Of a stretch of 64,000 nucleotides of DNA, positions 21,437-31,190 are shown one piece after another; within the stretch, counting starts at the first letter, position 1; every line of letters starts with the position of its first letter. The notes under the pieces were generated by a model. It made no database searches. It saw only the letters and a list, made by a program, of their open reading frames with translations, and had not been told where the DNA came from. The position numbers and the translations under genes were made by a program. The DNA is from a bacterium (lineage in GTDB: Bacteria; SZUA-182; DTGQ01; JAFGSM01): positions 10,598 to 74,597 of the forward strand of contig JBLIRO010000013.1 of the NCBI GenBank assembly GCA_049472335.1, written 5' to 3'.

Positions 21437-21943
21437 TCAGACCTGAATACCGGAAATTTTTAGTCTCTTGTCTTTTTCTTCAACTTCCCGGGCAATTTTC
21501 TCTTTATATTGATGGAGTTTTGCCTTAAGGTCAATATCGGATATGGCAAGGATCTGGATAGCAAGAAGCGCGGCATTTCTGGCCCCTGCTTTTCCTATTC
21601 CCAGGGTTCCAACCGGCACCCCCGCAGGCATCTGAACTGTTGATAAAAGGGCGTCAATTCCTCCCAAAGAGGCATCTATAGGTACTCCAAGAACCGGAAT
21701 GTTTGTCCATGCCGCTATACAACCGGCAAGATGGGCCGCCTTCCCAGCGCCTACGATAATGATTTTGACTCCCCTGCCTTCCGCCGCCTTTGCTATATCT
21801 GCTGTCCTCTGGGGTGAGCGGTGTGCGGAAGTTACTACATACTCAAAGGGTATCCCAAATGAGGCCAGGACCTCTCCCGCTTCCTTCATAATAGAAAAGT
21901 CACTGTCACTTCCCATCAAGATACTAATCAAAGGGTCTTGCAT
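21437..21943 (-). CDS. purE: N5-carboxyaminoimidazole ribonucleotide mutase
   Basis: MGSDSD, SAHRSP, AGKAAHLAG, STVQMPAGVPV. Confidence 0.97.
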   Translation of the reverse strand: MQDPLISILMGSDSDFSIMKEAGEVLASFGIPFEYVVTSAHRSPQRTADIAKAAEGRGVKIIIVGAGKAAHLAGCIAAWTNIPVLGVPIDASLGGIDALLSTVQMPAGVPVGTLGIGKAGARNAALLAIQILAISDIDLKAKLHQYKEKIAREVEEKDKRLKISGIQV

Positions 21944-22030
21944 TGATTCCTCCTTTTGAGTTTTAAATAGATTATATTTTATATATACTGATTATTTCTA
22001 AATAGACATATGGCAAAATATTATAACATA

Positions 22031-22137
22031 AAAGTGCCTAAAGCAGGAAAATTAAGTGCCTGAAGTCATTATGGAACAGATAGATACTATGAATAGCACA
22101 TTCCTTAACTTTAGGCACTTGACACTTTAGGCACTTT
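22031..22137. repeat. AAGTGCCTA-unit repeat cluster forming a local inverted repeat in the divergent promoter region
   Basis: AAAGTGCCTAAAG (22031) and AAGTGCCTGAAGT (22054) face two reverse-complement units in 22105-22137. Confidence 0.85.
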
Positions 22138-22252
22138 CTTTTTTGATTCTTTTTGACATATTGGCTAAAATAACAACGATTTTTTTATCCAATAAGAAAA
22201 CAGCTTATTAACAGATAATAAAACCAGGCATCAGAAAGCAGGGGGAAGGTAA

Positions 22253-22738
22253 ATGGATATTCAGACAATCAGGTTAGAGATCCCTGAAGGGAGCAATATC
22301 ATTTTCGGTCAGAGTCATTTTATCAAAACAGTGGAAGACTTATATGAGGCATTAATTGGGAGCGCCCCTGGCATAAAATTCGGGCTGGCTTTTTGTGAAG
22401 CTTCCCAGCATTGTTTGATAAGAACGGAGGGGAATGATCCCGATCTTGTCAATGCTTGTATAAGAAATGCTGAGAGTGTAGGTGCGGGCCATACATTCTT
22501 TATCCTCATCCGTGAGGCATTTCCGATTAATTGCCTTAACGCCGTAAAAGGATGCCCCGAGGTTTGCCGAATATTTTGTGCTACGGCTAATCCTGTTGAG
22601 GTTCTTGTCGCGCAAAGCGAACAGGGACGAGGTGTGCTCGGGATTATAGATGGTTTCAGCCCTAAAGGGACGGAAACAGAAAAGGATAAATCTGATCGCA
22701 AAGAACTTTTACGAAGATTTGGATATAAACTGAAATAG
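22253..22738 (+). CDS. Adenosine-specific kinase family protein (DUF355-like)
   Basis: GQSHFIKTVEDLYEAL, FCEAS, RIFCATANP, GRGVLGIIDG. Confidence 0.88.
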   Translation: MDIQTIRLEIPEGSNIIFGQSHFIKTVEDLYEALIGSAPGIKFGLAFCEASQHCLIRTEGNDPDLVNACIRNAESVGAGHTFFILIREAFPINCLNAVKGCPEVCRIFCATANPVEVLVAQSEQGRGVLGIIDGFSPKGTETEKDKSDRKELLRRFGYKLK

Positions 22739-22938
22739 GTTTTAGTATTGAATTCTTCAGACTCAACAGCCGAATTAATACTAGATGGTTTTTTCACGTC
22801 TATCCAGTTGCAGACCATATATTTATTCGAATACTGGAAACATAGGTTTATAACGGTTATTGATCATGATATCAAGCTACATATGGTCATCGCGCGAGGT
22901 GAAAAAATTTGTTCATATCTCCCCTTGAAAGGAACGAA

Positions 22939-25185
22939 ATGATTTCTCGGTGGAAACATATTTCCTTTATGCCAGAGATCCTGCTATCTTTTTTTAGTTT
23001 GACAATCGCTTTGCAAGCATGCTCAATTACTCAGACTCAAAGTAAAGTGGTTGATCATTTTTCTCATAATATCCTTTCCGATTCAAATAAAAGAACCTTC
23101 ATATCTTATGAAGGGAAGACTATAGATGAATATATCAGATATAGGTTTTTGGATGCTGACATTCAGGAAAAGCGGGTAATTTTTCACAATGGTTGGAATT
23201 ATTATAAGCAAAAGGAATGGGATAAAGCCGAGGATTGGTTTGAAAAGGCATTGGAGGAATACCCGTACCTTAAAGATTATTCCACTTTTTATATTTCTAT
23301 ATGCCTTGAGAATAAAGGAAAGTACAGGGAGGCCGTTTCTCTGATTAATAAGATCATTGAGAAATGGCCTGAAAGCGCTCTGATACAAAGAGCCTATTTA
23401 AAACAGGCTGATATATATTTTGGGGTGAAAGAATATGACAAGGCTATAGAAGCATATGAAAAATCTTTGGGGGCTTTTCCGGAAGAGGATGCTTATATCA
23501 GATTTCAAATAGGTCTGGCCAATTTGGAGATCGGGAAATGGGAATCCGCCTTAGAGAATTTTAAGGCTCTTCTTATAAACGAACCTGATTCAGAGTTCAG
23601 TAAATCGGCCCAGCAGCAAATGGAGACCTTGCGGAAGGAAAAGGGTATAGGCCCTTTGTTGTTCTCCAGGGAAGAGATGCTGCAAAAAGGGGAGATCTTA
23701 TTTAATAAGAAACAATATGAAGAAGCAATAAAGGCATACCTGGAGGTCGTCGATTCTAAATCGGACCCCCCTGAGCGCTGTGATGCCCTGTATAATCTGG
23801 CGCGTTGTTATAAAAGAATCGGTAAGAGGGATTTGGCGATCGATAGACTCAAGGAGGTAATAAAGTTCTCAAATAAATCAGAGTGCGCCTCAAGAAGCAG
23901 GCTTTTACTGGCAAGGTATTTATGGAATGAACATAGGAATAAGGAGGCGTATAAACAATTAGAGTTTCTCAGAAAAAATAATCCCAAATGGGGAAAAAAT
24001 GATGAAGTAGTATATATTATGGGAAGAATGGCAGAGGGAGAAGGGCGTTTAATAGATTCGATAAAATATTACAATGAAGTTTTAAATTCAAAACAGAAAA
24101 GCTCAATTTCCGAGACGGTTATCTGGAGAATTGGATGGGTTTATTATATCGGCGGTTTTTATAAGGAGGCAATCAGCCATTTTGAAAAATACCTGCCCGG
24201 GATTAAAAATTCGACCTTCCAGCACAGACTGCTTTATTGGAAGGCCAGGGCTGAAGAAAAAAAAGGGGATAAACAGAGCGCGATCAAGACATATAAGAGT
24301 ATACTGAAAGAACCATATTGGTCTTTTTATTCCGGCCTTACTGAAATATGGCTGGGTTATCAGGACGACCCAAACAGGGAGGACAATAATAACTCCAATA
24401 ATATATTTAAGGATGAGGCAATTTTCCCAGATCTAAATGAAAAAGAAAAGGTTATAGTGACTCGTTTATTAGAGCTTTGGTTAAATGGTCTCAAGGAGGA
24501 ATGTACCAATGAAATAACTCACAAAGTCTATTCCAAAGAAAGATATTCGCCCGAATTGTTATTTTACCTCTCTTCTATCGCGCATATGAATGGCGCTCAT
24601 GAGCTAGGTATAAGAATAGGTATACGCTGTTTTAATAGGACAGATCAATCAGATGAAGTATCTTTTCATAAAGCTGAGGACCTCCTTTTATATCCTCTGG
24701 GTTTTTTGTCAATTGTTGAGGAAAAAGCAAAGCAATACAGCATCGATCCCATCCTTGTGCTTTCTGTTATCCGCCAGGAAAGCCTGTTCGATCCAGATGC
24801 CCTGTCTCGTTCTTCCGCGTATGGTCTTATGCAGATTATCCCATCCACAGGGAATGTTATAGCAAAAGAACTTGGAATTGATCTATCCTCGGATTTAAAC
24901 ATCCTTTTTGATCCGGATACAAATCTTACCTTTGGATGTTTTTTCCTGAAAAGGTTACTGGATAAATTCGAGCAGAATATAGTCTATGCATTGGCCTCAT
25001 ATAACGCCGGACCGGAAGCAGTTTTGAGCTGGCAAAATCGTTTTGGTTATTTGGAGATAGATGAATTTATCGAAAATATTCCGTATAGTGAGACTCGTGA
25101 TTATGTAAAGAGAATATTGAAGAATTACTGGATTTACAGGAGAATTTATACCCCCTTAACCATCCCGGATGAGCAACAAGCATAA
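22939..25185 (+). CDS. TPR-containing soluble lytic murein transglycosylase (Slt-like), probable lipoprotein
   Basis: LQAC lipobox, TPR repeats, IRQES, AYGLMQI, ASYNAG, IPYSETRDYV. Confidence 0.9.
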   Translation: MISRWKHISFMPEILLSFFSLTIALQACSITQTQSKVVDHFSHNILSDSNKRTFISYEGKTIDEYIRYRFLDADIQEKRVIFHNGWNYYKQKEWDKAEDWFEKALEEYPYLKDYSTFYISICLENKGKYREAVSLINKIIEKWPESALIQRAYLKQADIYFGVKEYDKAIEAYEKSLGAFPEEDAYIRFQIGLANLEIGKWESALENFKALLINEPDSEFSKSAQQQMETLRKEKGIGPLLFSREEMLQKGEILFNKKQYEEAIKAYLEVVDSKSDPPERCDALYNLARCYKRIGKRDLAIDRLKEVIKFSNKSECASRSRLLLARYLWNEHRNKEAYKQLEFLRKNNPKWGKNDEVVYIMGRMAEGEGRLIDSIKYYNEVLNSKQKSSISETVIWRIGWVYYIGGFYKEAISHFEKYLPGIKNSTFQHRLLYWKARAEEKKGDKQSAIKTYKSILKEPYWSFYSGLTEIWLGYQDDPNREDNNNSNNIFKDEAIFPDLNEKEKVIVTRLLELWLNGLKEECTNEITHKVYSKERYSPELLFYLSSIAHMNGAHELGIRIGIRCFNRTDQSDEVSFHKAEDLLLYPLGFLSIVEEKAKQYSIDPILVLSVIRQESLFDPDALSRSSAYGLMQIIPSTGNVIAKELGIDLSSDLNILFDPDTNLTFGCFFLKRLLDKFEQNIVYALASYNAGPEAVLSWQNRFGYLEIDEFIENIPYSETRDYVKRILKNYWIYRRIYTPLTIPDEQQA

Positions 25186-25202
25186 ATAAGGAGGTAACAA
25201 CA

Positions 25203-25559
25203 ATGAAGAAGATTCATATTGCTGAAGATGAAATAGAAATTTCGGAATTGCTCGCGTCTTTCTTTCAAAGAAAAGGATTTCAGGTTTCAACATCAACGAG
25301 TGCGGAAGAGGCCATGAAGACAATCGACATTGAAACCCCTGATTTCGCCATTTTGGATTTGTTTCTTGAGGGGCAAAAAAACGGTTTGGATATCCTTAAA
25401 TTTATAAAGAAAAAATATCCGGCCGTAAAAACTATTGTCGCTTCAGGTATTATAGAAAGCACAATGAAAGAACAAATGAACGGTTACAAACCGGATATTT
25501 TTTTACAAAAACCTTATTCTCTCGATGAGTTATTAAGTATGATTAATACTCTCTGTTAG
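25203..25559 (+). CDS. Single-domain response regulator
   Basis: IAEDE, AILD, NGLD, LQKP receiver motifs. Confidence 0.9.
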   Translation: MKKIHIAEDEIEISELLASFFQRKGFQVSTSTSAEEAMKTIDIETPDFAILDLFLEGQKNGLDILKFIKKKYPAVKTIVASGIIESTMKEQMNGYKPDIFLQKPYSLDELLSMINTLC

Positions 25560-25577
25560 ATAAAAATTGGATGAAAT

Positions 25578-27839
25578 TCAAAACCATCGTTTGATCCAGG
25601 ATCTTATCCCACCTGATGCTTTGACCATGATAAGTGGCTTGTTGCATTTTCTTGCCACGATGTCCGGAATCGACTCCCTGACAAATTGATAGATAAGGGG
25701 ATCACGGGTGCAGCCAAGCACGATCAAATCATAATCCTTTGCCTCATTTAAAATAGCCTCCACCGGAGTGGAAGCAATGATAGCCTTTATGGTTATCCTG
25801 TCCAAAGAGAGAGATATCTTGTCTTTATTTGCTTCCACAAAGTTTTCTATATTAAATTTCGATTTATCGCTGTGAACCGTGTAGGCACAAATTTGTCCTT
25901 CTTCCTTGTCTGCCAGAATGCTGGCAATTTCAAGCGCAAATGCTCCATTGGGGCCACCAACCATAGGAACGAGAATTCGCTTGAAATTGGTCTCGTAACA
26001 ATTTTTCATGATTACCACATTGCAGGGCGATCTTTCAATAATGGGATCGACAGTGCTGCCGAGTTTGAATCCATACGTCCTCTGATGGCCGTGCCATCCC
26101 ATAATAAGCATATCGATTTTCTTTTCGCGGATCGCACTAACAATGCCCCTGGCAATGTTCCGGCAATATCGAATAGTAGTGCTGATAGGGAAGAGGAAAA
26201 TGAGATAAAGCATTGCTTCGACTATGGCTTCTTTCCCTTCCATCATATATTCCTGGGCATCGCTCAGGGGTACTTGTTCCGGAACCGGTACCATGTGCAG
26301 GAGCTCCACCCTGGCCTTTTTTGCTTTACAAAGATTATAAGTAGTGCGAACAAGCTCGATCGAATTTTTAGGATTGGCCACCGCAACCATAACCCGATAT
26401 TCATCACCTTCAGGTGCTTTTTCCTCTTCAAGGACCTGTATTTCTTCTGCAGTTGTCTTCGCGTGATATTTTGAGTAGAAATGGTATATACAGATACCTG
26501 CTATTGTCCAGACCGGTGCCACAATCCATGCAATCAAGCTCATGTGAACTAACCATAAAGCCAATATAGCCTGACAAATAATAGCGATTACCGGAAACAC
26601 AGGGAAAAAGGGCATGATAAATCCATAATCCAGCTCATCGCCCAGATTAAGTCTAACCTTGATTACGCAAAGATTTACAAGAAAAAAGAGAAATAGGAAC
26701 ATTATGCTCGCGCTTGAAGCAACATCCATGGTGGGAAGAGCCGTAGCCACCAGGATCAGAATGGCGCCTGTCACAATCAAGGCTATCCACGGAGTTTTTT
26801 GTTTTTTGGAGATTTTCGCGAAGAAATTAGGGAGCATATTATCCCGGCCGAGGGCGTATGATGCCCTTGTGGCGGAATATATAGTGGCATTCAATGCAGA
26901 GGTTGATGCGAATATTACAGCCAATGTCAGCAGGAGATTACCCATCGGCATCAATCTCGATATCGCTTCACCGAAGCCCCTTTCCTTGAACTGACCTATC
27001 CATAGCCATGGCTGACCGACGATCCCCGGTGATCCCGCCCTCACAGATACGACAGTTGCAAATGCCACAGCCACGTAAGAAAAGGTTACAATAAATACGG
27101 AATATATCATGGCCTTTGGCAGATTTTTACGCGGATCTATTGCCTCGTCGCCGGTTTGCGCAATCACCTCATATCCCTCAAAGGCTACATATGTAAAACC
27201 CATTGTTATGAGGAGCTTCGACCATCCATATGGAAGAAAGGGATTGAAATTCTGAAACCGAAAGGGGTCTTTTAAAGCAATAAAGATTCCCACAAAACCA
27301 ATGAAAAGAAGAAAGATGGTTTGTCCTAGTGTAAAAAAGGCGCCGACTTTTCCTGTTTCGGAGGCCCCTCTATAATTGATATAAAGGAAGAAGCACGCAA
27401 TCAGAATGGTTACAATTTTTTCATTAACCGGGGTCGGGAACAAAGTCCATTTGAGCAATCCAAGAACTTCCAGGTAACGGACTATATAAATGGCGAAAGT
27501 CACCGCGTACAAGCTGCCGGCAACGGTTGAGGCAAACCACTCCAGCCAGCCGGCAAGAAAGCTGGTCCCCCGGCCAAATCCTACTCGGGCATAATTATAA
27601 GCGCCTCCCGCGCGGGGGATAGCTGAGCTGAGCTCCGCATAGGACAGGGCAGTGAACATGGCTATTACACCATTAAGCGCAAAGGTGAGGATTGCGCCTC
27701 CTGGTCCTGAAATAAAAATAGAATTGCCAACACCAAGAAATACCCCCGCGCCGATCATCATCCCCAATCCCATCATAGTGATATGGAAAAGGGATAGCTC
27801 GCGGGAAAGCTCTGCTGATACCTGTGTTTTATCAGCCAT
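25578..27839 (-). CDS. APC-family amino acid permease fused to universal-stress-protein domains
   Basis: GMMIGAGVF, YAELSSAIPRAGG, about 12 TM helices, C-terminal LIMGWHG...LGSTVD USP motifs. Confidence 0.9.
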   Translation of the reverse strand: MADKTQVSAELSRELSLFHITMMGLGMMIGAGVFLGVGNSIFISGPGGAILTFALNGVIAMFTALSYAELSSAIPRAGGAYNYARVGFGRGTSFLAGWLEWFASTVAGSLYAVTFAIYIVRYLEVLGLLKWTLFPTPVNEKIVTILIACFFLYINYRGASETGKVGAFFTLGQTIFLLFIGFVGIFIALKDPFRFQNFNPFLPYGWSKLLITMGFTYVAFEGYEVIAQTGDEAIDPRKNLPKAMIYSVFIVTFSYVAVAFATVVSVRAGSPGIVGQPWLWIGQFKERGFGEAISRLMPMGNLLLTLAVIFASTSALNATIYSATRASYALGRDNMLPNFFAKISKKQKTPWIALIVTGAILILVATALPTMDVASSASIMFLFLFFLVNLCVIKVRLNLGDELDYGFIMPFFPVFPVIAIICQAILALWLVHMSLIAWIVAPVWTIAGICIYHFYSKYHAKTTAEEIQVLEEEKAPEGDEYRVMVAVANPKNSIELVRTTYNLCKAKKARVELLHMVPVPEQVPLSDAQEYMMEGKEAIVEAMLYLIFLFPISTTIRYCRNIARGIVSAIREKKIDMLIMGWHGHQRTYGFKLGSTVDPIIERSPCNVVIMKNCYETNFKRILVPMVGGPNGAFALEIASILADKEEGQICAYTVHSDKSKFNIENFVEANKDKISLSLDRITIKAIIASTPVEAILNEAKDYDLIVLGCTRDPLIYQFVRESIPDIVARKCNKPLIMVKASGGIRSWIKRWF

Positions 27840-27987
27840 CTTGAATATCTTTTAGTATTTCACGGACAGAGCCGAGATTTTTCTTTGCTATACGCTCAAT
27901 CGTCTTTTTGCTCCAGAATGTAATATAGGTAATAAATCCCAATGCGGCTCCTGTAATAATTGTACCAAGTATAACATTTTTTTCCAT
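27832..27987 (-). CDS. Small single-TM hypothetical protein (51 aa)
   Basis: AGGAG RBS before ATG 27987; overlaps the permease start. Confidence 0.55.
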   Translation of the reverse strand: MEKNVILGTIITGAALGFITYITFWSKKTIERIAKKNLGSVREILKDIQDG

Positions 27988-28198
27988 AAATCTCTCCTGG
28001 CAGAGCAAATATCCCATGGTTCAATTAATATATCGTTTGTTTGTGCCAAAGTTTTTTGTAAAAAAAAGCGATTTATAATTAAAAAGGATTTTAATCATAT
28101 TTTCAAGTCCGGAGAAATTATTCTATTGAAAATCCGGAAACAAAACAATCGAGACTGTCTTTAAAAACAAGACAATATTCAAGAAAAGGAATAGCTAA

Positions 28199-28939
28199 TT
28201 GTTTGACTTTACTGAACATATTGTAATCGTTACCGGAGGGACCAGGGGTATTGGCAAGGCTATTTCTGAAGCCTTTTTAAAAACGGGAGCCAAGGTTATT
28301 GTGACATATAATTCAAATAATGATCAAGCTGAGCAATTTATAAAGGAAAACGAGACCTTTCAGAGCAGCATTGATCTTCAAAAATTTGATGTCTCGGACT
28401 ATGAGAAGGTAGAACTTTTTTATGATTATATAGATAAACAATATGATTCCATAGATGTTCTGGTAAATAACGCAGGTATCCGCAGCGATTCTATTTTGGG
28501 GACAATGCCAAAAGAAACCTGGCATGCCGTTATAGGGGTAAACCTTACCGGGACATTCTATATGAGCAAATTTGCAGTGAAAAATATGCTAAAAAAACGT
28601 TATGGCAGAATAATCAATATAACCTCACCCATGTCCCATCTAGGATTCAGAGGCCAGTCAAATTACGCTGCATCCAAGGCCGGACAGATTGCAATGGCAC
28701 GTTCCCTGTCCAAGGAGGTTGCAAGTCGTGGAATAACCGTTAATTGTATTTCTCCCGGATTTGTTTATACAGAGTTTATTTATAATCTGGATGAATCTTT
28801 GTTGAAAGAATATAGAAAAATGATCCCAATGAAGGACTTTTCCACCCCTGAACAGATCGCATATGGCGTGCTTTTTCTGGCATCTAAAGATGCTTCCTAT
28901 ATTACCGGCGCCACATTAGCCATAGACGGGGGTCTTTAA
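28199..28939 (+). CDS. fabG: 3-oxoacyl-ACP reductase (SDR)
   Basis: TGGTRGIG, NNAG, YAASK; TTG start with AAGGA RBS. Confidence 0.9.
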   Translation: MFDFTEHIVIVTGGTRGIGKAISEAFLKTGAKVIVTYNSNNDQAEQFIKENETFQSSIDLQKFDVSDYEKVELFYDYIDKQYDSIDVLVNNAGIRSDSILGTMPKETWHAVIGVNLTGTFYMSKFAVKNMLKKRYGRIINITSPMSHLGFRGQSNYAASKAGQIAMARSLSKEVASRGITVNCISPGFVYTEFIYNLDESLLKEYRKMIPMKDFSTPEQIAYGVLFLASKDASYITGATLAIDGGL

Positions 28940-28987
28940 AACAGGCATTTTTGTTTAATAACAATTCTTTTTTTACAGAAAAGACGC

Positions 28988-30379
28988 ATGATAGAGAGAA
29001 GAAGAAGAGACAGAAGGGTAGAAAATAAAAGGATAAATTTTCGCGATCGGCGGCGTTTTGATCGTCGTATGAATATCAATGAATTTCAAAATAAGATCTT
29101 TTCATCAAGGATAAGAAAGAATCCCGACGAAACTCGCATTGTCATTACAGGAATAGGTGTTGTTGCACCAAATGGTATAGGAAAGGATATATTCTGGGAT
29201 AACCTGGCGAAGGGATTGTCCGGAATAAAACCTATATCATTGTTTGATACAGGCCCCTATAATTCCAAGAAGGCCGGAGAAATTACCAGTTTTGATCCTT
29301 CCCGATATCTAAATAAGAAAGGGCTGAGGACCCTCGATAGAAGCGCCTTGTTGCTTGGTGTGGCAACCAAATTGGCTATGGAAGACAGTAAAATCAAACA
29401 GGATGAATTTGATTCCTATGATTCTGGAATTGTTACAGGTACAAGCATGGGCAGTGTAAAAAGCATCAGTGATTTTGACAAAACAGCTTTGGTTGAAGGG
29501 CCTTCATGTGTGAATCCCGCACTTTTCCCAAACACGGTTATAAGCTCACCCGCCAGTCAGGTATCTATTATGTTCGATATAAGAGGCCTTAACGCAACCA
29601 TTTCGAGCGGTTTTTGCTCATCACTCGATGTCGTTATCTATGCCCACGATTCCATAATCCTGAACAAGGTAAATACGATATTTGTGGGTTCAGTTGAGGA
29701 ACTTTGTCATCAGACATTTTTGGGTTTTTATAATTCCGGGTGTTTATCCAGGGGAGATTTTAGCAATGGGAGCATAGAGGAATCCATGCCCTTTGATAAA
29801 CGGAGAAACGGTCCGGTTTTGGGTGAAGGGTCAGGGGCTCTGATATTCGAGGACCTGGAACATGCCAAAAAACGTAATGCACCTATATATGGAGTGCTAT
29901 TGGGTTTTGGCTGTGCCTTTAATAATAGAAACTCTCATCAGGAAGGCAATAATCTTGATGCAGATGCCCCTGTGCATGCAATGAAACAAGCCCTGAAAAG
30001 TGCTAATTTAAATCCGGCAGATATTGACTTAATCTGTGCAAGCTCCAATTCTTCTCCTGCCGGCGACAGAATGGAAACCATTGCTATAAAGAAGGTCTTT
30101 GCCAATGAGGCCTATAAAATTCCCATAACCGCAGTTAAATCCATGCTGGGAGAAGGTTATAGTGTCTCGGGAAGTTTTCAGATAATGGCGGGGTTATTAG
30201 CCATAAATAAAGGGATTATTCCGCCAACGATTAATTTCCGGGAAACAGATCCTAAATGTGATCTTGATTATGTAATCAATAAAAGTAAGAGAGCCGAAGT
30301 TGATAACGTAATGATAAATACCTTTAGTCCTCATGGAAATAATGTCTCATTGATAATAGGAAGACATGATTGTTTATAA
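28988..30379 (+). CDS. Ketosynthase-fold protein lacking the catalytic triad (chain-length-factor-like)
   Basis: VITGIGVV, LGEGSG present; ISSGFCSS, CASSNSS and KSMLGE replace TACAS, NAHGT and KSxxGH. Confidence 0.85.
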   Translation: MIERRRRDRRVENKRINFRDRRRFDRRMNINEFQNKIFSSRIRKNPDETRIVITGIGVVAPNGIGKDIFWDNLAKGLSGIKPISLFDTGPYNSKKAGEITSFDPSRYLNKKGLRTLDRSALLLGVATKLAMEDSKIKQDEFDSYDSGIVTGTSMGSVKSISDFDKTALVEGPSCVNPALFPNTVISSPASQVSIMFDIRGLNATISSGFCSSLDVVIYAHDSIILNKVNTIFVGSVEELCHQTFLGFYNSGCLSRGDFSNGSIEESMPFDKRRNGPVLGEGSGALIFEDLEHAKKRNAPIYGVLLGFGCAFNNRNSHQEGNNLDADAPVHAMKQALKSANLNPADIDLICASSNSSPAGDRMETIAIKKVFANEAYKIPITAVKSMLGEGYSVSGSFQIMAGLLAINKGIIPPTINFRETDPKCDLDYVINKSKRAEVDNVMINTFSPHGNNVSLIIGRHDCL

Positions 30380-30457
30380 ACGCAATACAAAGGCATTCGG
30401 ATTCGGATTGTAGTTTCGATCTTCTTTTGGATTTCAATCTTAAAAGGAGTAGGAAAA

Positions 30458-30715
30458 ATGACCGTGAAAAACGCAGGCCTAAAGAAACTTACGGAAGAAA
30501 TACGCTCCATGATTGCTGAAATTGCCGAAGTTGAAGAGAATGAAATTGCAGGAGAAAAGAATTTTGTTGAGGACCTTGGTTTTGATTCTATGATGGCGCT
30601 TGAGATTTTTGCCAAATTAGAGAAACAATACAAAATAAGAATCCCTGAAGAAGAATTGCCCAGGCTTTCTAATCTGAATCAAACCGTAAATTTAGTAGAT
30701 AGATATATACATTAA
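30458..30715 (+). CDS. Acyl carrier protein
   Basis: DLGFDSMMALE phosphopantetheine site; acidic 85 aa. Confidence 0.93.
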   Translation: MTVKNAGLKKLTEEIRSMIAEIAEVEENEIAGEKNFVEDLGFDSMMALEIFAKLEKQYKIRIPEEELPRLSNLNQTVNLVDRYIH

Positions 30716-30743
30716 CCATAACTATAAAGGATCAAATTTTCCA

Positions 30744-31190
30744 ATGACCTTAAATTTTGAGCAAATCAAAGAATTATTGCCCCAGCGTTTTCCATTCCTT
30801 ATGCTGGATAGAATTGCAGAATTTCATCCCAAAAAAAGGATCATCGGGATCAAAAACATTACCGGTAATGAGGTGTTTTTTCAGGGGCATTTCCCCGGCG
30901 AGGCCATTATGCCCGGAGCGTTAATTTTAGAGGCCATGGCCCAGATAGCGCTTATATATTTTAAATTAACACAGGGTGATTCCAAGCCTGACAGATCTCC
31001 CATCTTGTTTGCGGGGATAAAGGCTAGATTTATAAAACCCGTAGTCCCGGGTGATATTTTAAACATCGAGATGGCTCCCATAAAGATTGTAAGTGTTGGA
31101 GGTATTATGGAGGGCGTGGCCAAGGTTGATAATAAAGTGGTTGCCAGGGCGGAATTGACCTTTAGCGCGAAGGAGAGAAATAATCAGTGA
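30744..31190 (+). CDS. fabZ: 3-hydroxyacyl-ACP dehydratase
   Basis: LPQRFPFLMLD, FQGHFPG, PGALILEAMAQ. Confidence 0.92.
   Translation: MTLNFEQIKELLPQRFPFLMLDRIAEFHPKKRIIGIKNITGNEVFFQGHFPGEAIMPGALILEAMAQIALIYFKLTQGDSKPDRSPILFAGIKARFIKPVVPGDILNIEMAPIKIVSVGGIMEGVAKVDNKVVARAELTFSAKERNNQ

Noticed and set aside
19197..22137. AAGTGCCTA repeats as CRISPR or IS ends
   Set aside because: No repeat-spacer periodicity and no transposase between them; kept only as an unexplained repeat
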